A stretch of DNA of 64,000 bases from Eledone cirrhosa (lineage: Eukaryota): the NCBI GenBank assembly GCA_964016885.1, contig OZ024742.1:118234001-118298000 (forward strand), written 5' to 3'. The position numbers and the translations under genes were made by a program. Positions 52,928 through 64,000 of this stretch are shown here, one piece after another; positions within the stretch are counted from its first letter, which is position 1, and every line of letters begins with the position of its first letter. Below the pieces are notes generated by a model that had not been told where the DNA came from, made no database searches, and saw only the letters and a program-made list of their open reading frames with translations.

Positions 52928-54900
52928 TTATCTTACTTCTCGTAGAGGAAGGATGGTTTCTCTATCCCTTTCCACTTGATCGTCTGGTGAAGGGACCGTT
53001 GAATCGTCCCTTCGGCTGGTCGTCGGCTCTTCTGTGAGTATATCCGAATATACTCTCCGGTTGAGTGTCCCTCCTAGGTCTTTGAAATCACCAACTGCGT
53101 TGGGGAATTTTATTTTAATGTTTGTGTATTGTTTCTGTGCTATTCTTACCAGTCTTATGTTCGTTGGTGTTTTGATTGGTGCTGGTATTATGTAGTCGTG
53201 CTGTGAAATGTCTGTGTTTTCAATTATGTAAGTCATTAGTTTCTTGTTGTGTGTATTTATTGCTGTGCATTTGTTTTTCTGGGGGTGGGGTATGGTTCTG
53301 CGATTTTCTTGTCGTTGTTGCTGGGTGTGTGTGTTTTGTTGTTGTGTTTGCGATGTTGGTGCTTGTGGTGGTGGTGTTGAAGGTGTTGTTGTTGTTGGCG
53401 GTGGGGTTGCCGCCGGTGGTGATGGTGGTGCTAGTGTGGGTGGTGATGGTGTTGGTGGTGTTGCTGCTGTAAGTCTCTTTGCAGTAGCTTTAACCCTTTT
53501 TTCATTTCTTTCCTCCCTTTTCGAAGGCGACGATGCGCTTCTTCTGCGTTTGTGCCTTCTTACGACCTTTTGCCATCCCTCTCCCACCTCACACTCCATG
53601 TCCGATTCTGTGAGGTCGGGGAGGGGTACAGGCTCCTCTCTTTCACTTGTTCTTGTTGGTGATGGTTGCAGTGGAGTCTCTGTTGCAGCTGCAGTTGGTA
53701 TTACTGTTGTTGTTGTTAATACTTCCACTGCTGCTGCTGTTCTTGATTTCCGTGGCGTGGGTATGGGTGCCACGTACCTATCCTTCCTGCTTGTCGCCTG
53801 TCCTGTTGCTGGTAGCAGTGGAGCCAGTTTCGGAAGGAGGGGGTTTTCTCCTTTCTCAGGGTCTTCTCATTGCAGAAGGCCCTGAGGTGAGTCTTCGACC
53901 CACAGCGAAAGCATTTCGGGCGTTTGCCCTCAACACTTATGGGCAGTTGAGTGCCGTTATCGAAGTCTATCACATCCGGGATAGCTTCGATGCACTCCTG
54001 GTTGGTTTGAATTAACATCTCAATGGAGGTGCCGACCCAATCTTCTCGTACTTTTTGTTGTACTTGCAGTACAGTTGTTTTGTCCTCGATTCCGACGAGG
54101 ACAGACGCGGCCAGCCAAAAAGGGACCATCCCGGGGGGGACGTGGGTCTATTTGACCCTCACAATTTTTTGCCCGCAGTAGGAGGGCACCAACACCATTT
54201 CCTCGCTCCTTAGGGTCACTAAGGATTGAGCCTTTTCCTCCTGGGGTGTGGCAAAAAGCACGTCTACGGTGGCATATTTCTTGCCTCGGCTGATATGCGT
54301 TTTCCGCTGCCACACAGACCATAAGGCTTTTTGTATTTGAGCCTCTGTGGCTCTTTCAACCCTACGTGATTTTGTGCTTACTGTACGGTACGTGACCATA
54401 CAGTGCTGTTGGGTTTCGAAAAATGTTTCGGCTGCCTTGCAGATTGCTCGGTGTCCGGTTTTCGTCACCATCTTCTTTGTCCTGTAATTCCTCATTTGTT
54501 ATAAGGATGGTTTCCAGGTTCTTTGCGATATCTGCAAACGAGATTGGTTTTTCTTTCTTGTTCTTGTTGTTGTTGTCGTCAGAGGTTCTGTTACTTTTGT
54601 TGTTGCTGCTGGTACTACGACCGCCGCCGCCGCTGTTGCAGTGGTTGTTGTTGTTGTTGCTGCTGCTGCTGCTGCTGCTGTTGTTGTTACTGTTGCTGCT
54701 CTCTGCTGTTGTTGTTTATGCTGCTGCTGATGTTGTTGCGGCTGCTACTGTTGTTTTCCTTGTCACTGTTGCTACTGCTGCTGATATTACGGCTGCTGCT
54801 GCTATTCTTCATGACGTCAGACGAATGAAATGGCTTTCCGTATTTACCGCACACATTTTTCGTCGTTATCGTCGTCGTGGAGAAATGTTCCACGGTATGC
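52928..54900 (-). pseudogene. Copy A ORF1 (gag-like, CCHC knuckle), frameshifted; start approximate
   Basis: Pieces 54148-54495, 53716-54129 (CFRCGSKTHLRAFC) and 52928-53773 (P/T-rich, ends LPLREVR). Confidence 0.82.
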
Positions 54901-55299
54901 ACGTTCTCTTGGTGAAAGCTACCAGAAACTATATTTTTCTTTTTCTTTAATGGTGTCGCTTGCGAAAGAGGCAACACCACATTTAGAGAAGAGAGAGAGA
55001 CAATCTTCTCTCTGATGTAATGACGATTGAGGAAGAAGACGGAAAGAGTGGGAGTGACTTGTGAAAATCCTTTTTTGTAGCCATGTTTTTTTTTACGGTT
55101 TAAAATGAATATTGGGCACAAAACTCCAATAAGCGGTTATTTAACCCCGAAGGGCAAATAACGAGCAGAAAGACCCCTCTCACGAGGAGGAGGGTGTTTT
55201 ATCTACAATTTGGTTCAAGTTTTAAACAATTTACAATTGTTATAGCGGTTAAAATTTACTATACCTTACAAAGCCGAACCTCCGTCAACCATGGCATTC

Positions 55300-55341
<42 letters not shown>
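55300..55341. repeat. (AAT)14 between Tx1 copies A and B
   Basis: Direct reading. Confidence 0.95.
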
Positions 55342-55342
<1 letters not shown>

Positions 55343-55587
55343 TTTTCTTTATTAATCACAAGGGTTTACATAAAGTAGACATTAAGGACAGTACAGGACA
55401 ATACAGGACGGTACAAATGGGCATTTCTGCGTGTAAAAAAAAAACAGAGGATGAAATAAAATAACAAAGAAAAATTCCCCAATAGGGGGGAGACTTCCGA
55501 GGGACATTTGTAGAGAAAGCCCATTAAAAGACCACAGTGGCCCTGACCACCAGGGCAAGTGCCCTCTCCCAGTTTTCCACCTTTAAT

Positions 55588-58500
55588 TTACAGACACATA
55601 CTCAGAGAAGGCCCATTCATTCGGACCATTCTTGCTTCTCTCACCCATCTTTCAACAAAATGCTGGGAAGGGAGCACTTCCCTCTCTACCCTGATTTTCC
55701 TTTTCAGATGAAATTTGAAAAAGTTAATCAGGGTATCACCGAAGAGGTCAATGCTCGTCTTCAGCCCTTTCAAACGTGTCCACCATACTATCTCTTTCGC
55801 CATGGCCACCAGACAGATAAAAACTGCCTGCCCTTCCCGGCTAAAGGAAGAGGGCGGGGCAATCCTCACAATGGACTCAGCTGATAGCTGGATCCGTCCT
55901 ACACGTGACAGAAGGTGTTCGACATAAACCCACAAGTCAGCAATGCTCGGACACTGGACGAGTGCGTGCAGGACGGTTTCGTCGCCCTGCGCGCATCTCG
56001 GACATGCCCAGCTGACGGCACCTCCATGCCTGTAGAGTTTATCCCGAACTGGCAAAGCTCCTCGGTAGCACTGCCAGGCCAGATATTTCTGGAAGTTGTC
56101 CATAGGCCCCGGCCCGAAAGTCTTCCGAAGAGATTGGCTAGTTGATTTTCGTCAACGCCTAGAGTTTCCCCAAGTACGTCGTCGCTCTTCCCCTCCACTA
56201 ATCCCCTATAGAACGCCAAGGTGGAGTTTCCACCGATCACATCGCCCGATTGGTCGAGGGCTGGGAGCACCTGAAGACATTCTGATCTCCAAGCGCTCCC
56301 TCTCGGTCTTCGCTTGACCCAGGACTGCAGCTCCGTCATGGAGACGAGCTGGGGAAAAACGCGTCTAGCAAACGGCGACCACACCTGATCACCGTCGAGG
56401 AAGAGGTGGAGATGTCGTATCCTGAGCGCGTGTCTGCGCATCATCAGCCACGGCATGCCCAGCCCTCCATGTAGCGGGTGTTGACAGCAGATGGACCACC
56501 TGACCATCGGAGCGCGTCCCTTCCACAAGAAGCGAAAGAGCAAACGCTCCAGCGCAGTCAGGCGGGGCTTAGGACAAGGTACGACGGTCAGGCGGTAGTA
56601 GATGACGGACGCGATGTACGCGTTAGCCACCTCCGCTCGACCTTTCAGGGATAGCTTCCTCTCGGCCCATTTCTGGGTAAGAGAAGCCACCCTGCTCGTC
56701 ACCTCGTCCCAGTTTTTGTCCGTCTGGAGGTCTGGACCGAACCAGACCCCTAGCAATTTAACCGGTCCGTCCGTCCAGCGCCCGACGACGCTGTTGGACG
56801 GCATGGACCTGCCTCTCCAGGTGCCGAGCTGCAGGCCCACTGACTTTTCCTGGTTGATCATTGCTCCTGTCACCGCTTCGTATTCTCTTAGTGTAGTGCC
56901 GATCAACTCAATGTGTTTGGCGTTCGACACCACTACGGTGACATCGTCGGCATATGCTGACACGGATCTTCCGCATCCTAGTTCCCGCGGGACCCCCCTC
57001 AACGTCTCCAGTTTGTGCAGTAATGGCTCGAGAGTCAATACGTACAATAGGGACGAGAGGGGACATCCTTGGCGGACCGAGCGCATGATGTTGAACGGTT
57101 CCGAAAGGTGACCGTTCACTCTCACTACAGAGCAGATGTCGCTGTGCATGGCAGCGATCCAGCCTCTGAAGACGGGCCCAAAGCCAGCCGCCCTCAGGAC
57201 TGCCGCTAGGTAACGATGGTCGACCCTATCGAAGGCTTTCGACTGATCTAAATTGATCAAAGACCCACCCGTGTTAGGTTCTCTAGCTACCCTCTCTACG
57301 ATGTATCGCATGAGGTGGAGGTTGTCGTGGATGGATCTGTCGGGAATGGCGCATGTCTGTGCCTCTCCCACCAGACCACCAACGACAAGCGCCAACCTCT
57401 TTGCTAGCACCTTGGCCAAAATCTTGAACTCTGTGTTTAGCAGAGTTATGGGCCTAAAATTATCTATGTTATCCCCCTTGTTCGGATCCTTTCTCAGCAG
57501 CGCCACCGCTCCTCGGCTCACAGAGCTGGGAATTCTCCCGTTCTGTTGCCAGTTGCAGTAGACGTCCGCCAAGAGGCCTCCGAACAAGTTTGGCATTTGT
57601 ACGTAAAGTTCATAGGGCAGACCATCCAAACCAGGCGATTTACCCCTTGTGCAACTAGTCATTGCATCCCGTACTTCAGCGGTTGTTATCGGCTTTTCGC
57701 AACACTCCGCCTCAGTGGCCGAAAGTCGCGGCAGTCCGTCGAGGTAGACACTAAAGTCCATCCCTCGATCCGGCCCGCCACTGCCCCCGAACAGTTGAGC
57801 GAAGTGTCGCTGAAAAGCTTCACACATTTGCCCGGGATCGAGTAGCATGCGCCCGTCGTGGTCCACCAAAGACCGGATCGTGGCTTTGTTGCCACGACGC
57901 GCCTCCGCCACTCGGGCCCATTGAACGGCTTTCGTCCCCTCGTGTCTGAGAGCACGCACCCTAACTCTGACAACGCAGCCTTCTTTCTTTGCATTGAAGA
58001 ATTGGTCAAGGGCCAATTTCGCCGCAAGTACGTCGGTCGCGATGCCTTTGCTAAGCGCCTCATCTAATTTTCTAACTAATGCTCCCTCTGCTCTATTTTT
58101 CTCTATTGCTAAAGTCTTACTAAACCTAATGGACTCTATTCTGATTGCTCTTTTCAGAGCAAACCACCACTTGTTGTTGACGATGGCCCCCGTCAACGCC
58201 CGCTTAACTAGTTCGCTAATCCGGTCTCTGTAGGCCTTGTGCGCTGGTAAGGACGCGTTTAGCTTCCAGTAGCCGGGTCCTCGTCTATGAAGCCTATCTA
58301 ACTCAAGCACACAGATCACGAATTTGTGGTCCGTGTAGCTGACTATCTTGAATTGTGGACAGCCTATGCTATACCTATCTATTTCCCTACAAAATACTCT
58401 ATCTAGATATGATCTGGATGACCCTATGCGATTTGTCCAAGTCCACATTGGTACATTCGGGAAATCCATTCGGTACCTGTCAGACAGTTCAAAACGTCTG

Positions 58501-59007
58501 AGCAGGTTGGTGAGACTCTTGCACCCTCCTTCCCTATCCACTAATCCCCCACAATCCCAGCGTGCATCTAAGATCCCGTTCCAGTCGCCCACTAACACTA
58601 AAGAGCGGGACGTTCCAAGAAAGGTCTCCAGACGCCGGAAGAAATCAGGCCGCCCTGCTCCTGTCGGGGCATAGACGGCCACTAACCTGAAAGCTTGGCC
58701 GTCTCCGCTGGTCACGTCCAGCACCACCAACTTACCTTCTGGGTCCAGGAAGATGGCCCGTATGGCAAGATCCAAACCTCTCCGAAAAAGCACAGCAACT
58801 CCTCCCCCCCGATCCCGGACGGCTGGGACATGCGTACACATCGTAGCCGCCGAAGATCGGTGCGAAAGCCTGTGCTTCGGAGATTCTGGTCTCGCTGCTG
58901 GCCACTACATCTATGTTTAGTGACCTGAGGTCGTTGAGCAGGTGGCCCTGCTTCCATGACGACCCCAAGCCACGCGCATTTATGCTGCCTATTCTGAGTG
59001 AGTTCAT
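55588..59007 (-). CDS. Copy B ORF2 (APE-RT), 980-aa open segment, frameshifts near both ends
   Basis: MNSLRIGSINARGL start (59007), APE and RT motifs in 55899-58841, C-terminus in 55588-56103. Confidence 0.92.
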
Positions 59008-59041
59008 GTTGAAAAGGAGTGGAAAAGATGGGAAAGACCAC

Positions 59042-61035
59042 TTACCTTACTTCTCGTAGGGGAAGGACGGTTTTTCCATCCTTTTCACTGCTTGTGGCCT
59101 CCTCAGGAAGGATGTCCTTATAAATCCTCCTGGAGAGTGCTTGTCGGAAGTCTCCGATGTCTTTGGGGAATTTTTGTTTTAGTGTCATGTACGTTTTCTG
59201 TGTGATGCGAGTGATTTGTATGTGTGGAGGTGGTGTGAATTTTGGGGTTGTTGTGTAGTCTTTTTCTGTGATGCTGGTGTTGTGTTGGATGTAGTGTAAT
59301 AATTGCTTGTTGTTCAAATTTAATGCTGTGTAGTGTGTATCGTTTTGGTTGTTTTGTTTTGTTTGCGTTTGTTGTGGGTTTGTTTCTGTTTCGCATTTTG
59401 GTGACTTTTGTGGTGTAGGTGATGGTGGTGTTGGGGTTAATGATGGTGATGGTGTTGGTGTTTGGGTTGATGGGGTTGGTGATGCTGGTGTGGATGGTGG
59501 CATATCTGTCCTTACTTTTTTGTTTCTTAATTTACTTGTTTCCCTCTGTATTTTGTTTTTGGAGGGGGAAGGAAGAGAATTTTTTCTTTTTTGGTTTCTT
59601 TTTTTTTCCCGGATATCGTTTCCCACTCCTCGTCGTCACAATCTCTCTCCAGTTGTGATAGGCCGGGGAGTGGAAAATCCTCCACAGCCGTTAGTTTTGG
59701 TTGTGGCGTGGTGGATGGTGTAGGCGCTGGTGCTAGTTCTGAAGCGTTGGGTGGTGGTGGTGTTGGTTTTGCTGGTGGTGGTGGTGGTGTTGGTTTTGCT
59801 ACTGTTGCTGGGGTTGTTGCTGTTATAGTTGCTTCTGTTGTTGCTGCTACAGTTGTTGCTGCCATCTCTGCTACTGGCGGTGTTGATGGTTGTGTCACTG
59901 GGGTGGGTAGGAGAGGTGGCCTCAACCTTTTAGCCTGAGGGCAGAAAGCCCTTAGGTGGGTTCCTTCACCACAAACGACACACCTAGGTCTTCTGCCCTC
60001 GACAATTACCGTGAGGTGGCTGCCGTCAGTGAGGTCTATTACCTCTGGGATCTCCTCAATGCTTTTTTGGTCCGCTTGGATCAGGAGCTCCATCCCAGAT
60101 CCGGACCAGTTCTCCTGCTTTTCTTTTGCTATTGCTATTATTTTCGTGTTGGCTTCGATGCCGGCGAGGACAGCCGCTATTAGCCAGGGAATTTCGATGG
60201 CCGGTGGAACGTGGGTCACCCTGATCTTTACGAGTCTCTGGCCACAATAGCTTGGGACGAGTGTGAAGTCGTCACTTCTTAATGGGGCCATGGAGTGTTC
60301 TCTAGCCTCCTCTGGTGTTTCAAAGAACACGTCCACGGTTCCATACTTTTGCCCACGTCTGATGTGGGTTTTTCTTGCCCACACATGTCCCAAAGCTTTT
60401 TGGATTTGGGACTCGGATGCCCGTTCCACTCGGCGCGATTTTACATTTATTGTTCTATACGACACGGTGCATAGGCGCCGATGCTCCATTTTATTAGGTG
60501 GGGGGGGTGAGGCTGACCCTGTACCCATCTTTCTTTACCATTTGTTTGGCATTTTCTAAATCCTCCTGAGTTACCGTAAATGCTTCGAACTGTTTTGCTA
60601 CTCTGGCGAAACTGAGGGGGGGTTTATAATGTCATTGTTGTTGTTGTTGCTATCGTTAATATTAATTTTAGTTTCAGTTGTGGTGGTGGTGACGTCAGTC
60701 GTCTTTGGTGGGGAAGAGTCCATTTTGCTTGATTTCATTTCGACATCACGAGTTAATTTATTTTTTTCTTCTTTTGTTTCTGTTGTCGCGGTGGTGGTGG
60801 TGGTGGTGGTGGTGGTGGTTGTCGCGGTGGTGGTGGTGGTGGAGGCTTTAACACCTGCAGTCATTGGTAATGGCGGGAAATGAATGTCTGCCTGAGACAA
60901 ATTTAAAATATTGCTAGTGCTTATATTTTTTTTTGTGTTGGCAAACGTAGTAACATTTACAATGGTGGTGTCGGTGTGAGGTGTTAATTTGTGAGGAAGG
61001 CTTTCAGCTGCTTCGTGCAGAGGTGAATTAGCCAT
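59042..61035 (-). pseudogene. Copy B ORF1 (gag-like, CCHC knuckle), frameshifts at homopolymers
   Basis: MANSPLHEAA..., SFARVAKQFE..., CVVCGEGTHLRAFC, P/T-rich tail, ends LPLREVR. Confidence 0.82.
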
Positions 61036-61241
61036 TTTTTTCAAAGAAATCTTTTGATAATAATAAAAGTTTAAATTTTGGGCACAAGGCCCCAATCTTT
61101 TTGGGTGTCCTTTTCGGAAAACAATGTATGTGCGCTTATAAACAGTTAACAATAAAATTTTCCATAAATGACAATTTTAACAAACGGAAATAACAAACCT
61201 TTGCGGAGCTCACGATGATACGATTTACTACGTAGGTCGCC

Positions 61242-61265
61242 AATAATAATAATAATAATAATAAT
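61242..61265. repeat. (AAT)8 between Tx1 copies B and C
   Basis: Direct reading. Confidence 0.95.
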
Positions 61266-64000
61266 GATTTCTTTATTGGCCACAAGGGCTGACATCAAGA
61301 AAAACATCACAGACGGAACAGGACGGTACGATGTGGGTTTTGTGCGTGTAAATATTTTTATTATTTATATAAGAAAAGAAAAAAGACATAAAACATATAT
61401 ATATATAAACAATAAAATGAAAATTGAAACAATGAAAAATTCCCCAATAGGGGGGAAACCTCCGAGAGTTACTCGTGGCGAAAACCACACAAAAGACCAC
61501 GGCCACCCTGACTACCAGGGCAAGCGCCCTCTCTCAATTTTTCCATCTCTCAAACTACAGACGTATATTCAGAGTGGTCCCGTTCACTCGGACCATTCTC
61601 GCTACATTCACCCACCTTTCAACAAACTTGCTAGAATGCAGCACTTGCCTCTCCACCCTGATTTTCCTCTTCAAGTGAAACTTGAAAAAGTTAAACAGGG
61701 ATTCGCCGAAGAGGAAAGTGTTTGTCTTTAATCCTTTTAACCTTGTCCACCACACAATCTCTTTCGCCATGGCCACCAGGCAGATGAAAACCGCCTGCCC
61801 TTCCTCCTCAAAGGAAGACGGCGAGACCATCTGCACAATGGACTCAGTCGACAACCGGATCAATCCCACACGTGACAGCAACTGTTCGACAGAGCTCCAC
61901 AAGTCAGCAATGCTCGGGCACTGAACGAGTGCGTGCACAACGGTTTCGTCGCTATGCGCGCATCTCGGACAGGCTCGGCTGACGGCACTTCCGTGCCTGT
62001 AGAGCTTATCTCGAACCGGCAGCGCTCCCGGTAGCACTGCCAGGCCAGAGATTTTTAGAAGTTATCCATAGGCCCCGGGCTGAAAATTCTCCGGAAGAGA
62101 GCAGCTGATCTTCTTCGAGGCCCAGGATCTCTCCGAGAACGTCGTCACTCTTCCCCTCCACTAGTCCTCTATAGAACGCCGAGGTGGATGTTCCACCGAT
62201 ACTGGTGCCCAACTGGGAGAGGGCAGTGAGCGCCTGGAGACATTCCAGTTTCCAAGCCCTATCCCTCGGTCTTTTTCTGACCCAGGACTGCAGCTCCGTC
62301 AAGGAGACGTGCTGTGGGAAAATGTGCCTGGCGAACGGCGACCACACCCGTTCACTATCAAGGAAGCACCAGAGATGTCGCAGCTTCAGTGCATGTTTGC
62401 GCATCATCAGCCATGGCATGCCCAGTCCTCCACGCAACGGGTGTTGACAGCAGATGGATCGTCTGACCATGGGAGCGCGTCCCATCCACAAAAAGCGGAA
62501 GAGGAGGCGCTCCATTTTGGTGAGAGTTGGGCTGGTGCAAGGGACGACGGTGAGGCGGTAGCAGATGACAGATGCGATGTACGCATTCGCCACTTCCGCC
62601 CGGCCTTTCAGGGACAGCTTCCTCTCAGCCCATTTCTGGGTGAGGGAAACCACCCTGCTCGTCACCTCGTTCCAGTTTTTCTCCATCTGGAGGTCCGGTC
62701 CGAACCAGACCCCGAGCAATTTAACCGGTCCGTCCGTCCAACGCCCCACGACGCTGTCGGACGGCATGGACTTGCCTCTCCAGGTGCCTAGCTGCAAGCC
62801 CACCGACTTTTCCTGGTTTATCTTTGCTCCTGTCACCGCTTCGTATTCCTTGAGAGCGGTGCCGAGCATCTGGGCGTGTATGGTGCTCGACACCACCACG
62901 GTGACGTCGTCAGCGTAAGCCGACTCGGATTTCCCGCATCCTAGTTCGCGTGGGATGCCCCTCATCGCCCCCAGTTTATGCAGTAACGGCTCGAGAGCCA
63001 ATACGTACAAGAGGGACGAGAGGAGACAACCCTGGCGGACTGAGCGCATGATGCTGAACGGCTGCGACAGGTGACCGTTCACCCTCACAACCGAGCAGAT
63101 GTCGCTGTACATTGCTGCGATCCAACGCCTGAAAACGAGCCCGAAACCGGCTGCCTCGAGGACCGCCGCCAGGTACCGATTGTCGACCCTATCGAATGCT
63201 TTGGATTGATCCAAGTTGATCAGGGCCCTACCCTTGCCAGGTTTCTTAACCACCCTCTCTATGATGTATCGCATGAGGTGGAGGTTGTCGTGTATAGATC
63301 TGTCCGGGATGGCACATGTCTGCGCCTCTCCCACCAGACCCTTGACGACAAGCGCCAACCTCGTTGCTAACACCTTGGCCAAAATCTTGAACTCTGCGTT
63401 TAGCAGAGTTATGGGCCTGAAATTATCAATAACATCCCCCTTGTTCGGGTCTTTTCTCAGCAGCGCCACTGCTCCCCGGCTCACAAAACTGGGAATGCTC
63501 CCGTTCTGCTGCCAGTTGCAGTAGACGTCTGCCAAGAGGTCACCGAACAAGTCTGGCATAAATGCATAAAGCTCGTAGGGCAGACCATCTAAACCTGGCG
63601 ATTTACCTCTTGTGCAGTTAGCCATCGCTTCCCGTATTTCACCGGCTGTTATTGGCTTTTCGCAATACTGTGCTGCGGTCGTCGAGAGCCGAGGCAGTCC
63701 GTCGAGGTATGCACTGAAGTCCATGTCCCGATCCGGGCCGCCGCCGCTCCCGAACAGTTCAGCAAAGTGCTGCTGAAAAGCTTCACACATCCGCTCGGGT
63801 TCGAGCATCACGCACCCGTTTTGGTCAGACAAAGACCGAATTGTGGCTTTATTGCCACGTCGCGCCTCTGCCACCCGGGCCCATTGGACGGCTTTTGTCC
63901 CCTCGTGTTTCAGAGCACGCGCTCTAGCTCTGACAATGCAGCCTTCGTGTTTTGCGTTGAAGAATTGGTCGAGTGGCAATCTCGCCGCAAGCACGTCGGT
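61266..64000 (-). mobile_element. Tx1/L1-clade retrotransposon, copy C (diverged subfamily, runs off the window)
   Basis: ORF2 RT at 62006-63994 (QGCLLS, AYADD), C-terminus at 61555-62037, 3' UTR with AATAAA then (TTA)n. Confidence 0.92.

Larger units (their letters stand above)
49296..55299 (-). mobile_element. Tx1/L1-clade non-LTR retrotransposon, copy A (full-length, disrupted)
   Basis: 5' UTR, ORF1, APE-RT ORF2, 3' UTR with AATAAA (complement at 49301-49306), then (TTA)n. Confidence 0.92.
55342..61241 (-). mobile_element. Tx1/L1-clade non-LTR retrotransposon, copy B (full-length, few frameshifts)
   Basis: Same layout as copy A; AATAAA near 55350; 5' end abuts (AAT)8. Confidence 0.93.

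Noticed and set aside
60598-61152. Separate upstream ORF0 in Tx1 copy B
   Set aside because: Joins ORF1 through homopolymer frameshifts; SFARVAKQ matches SFADIAKN in copy A.

Overview
Repeat-dominated, AT-rich eukaryotic DNA with no recognisable host gene. The SINE families and (TA)n/(TG)n density suggest a cephalopod, probably Octopus (inference). Mobile elements: two Penelope-like elements (PLEs) resembling the Naiad clade at 22-27 kb, a dead mariner, CR1/Jockey-like, RTE-derived and R4/Dong-like LINE remnants, many tRNA-derived SINEs, and three Tx1/L1-clade retrotransposons stacked head-to-tail at (AAT)n tracts (49-64 kb). The main signal is invisible in the ORF track: about 18 well-formed type I hammerhead ribozyme (HHR) motifs from about 7 unrelated sequence families, plus degenerate ones. 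They lie in small non-coding elements (468-bp and 629-bp tandem arrays, inverted or direct duplications), nearly all embedded in (TA)n tracts. This looks like a community of non-autonomous retrozyme-like elements mobilised by PLE machinery. All structures were folded by eye; none was computed or tested.
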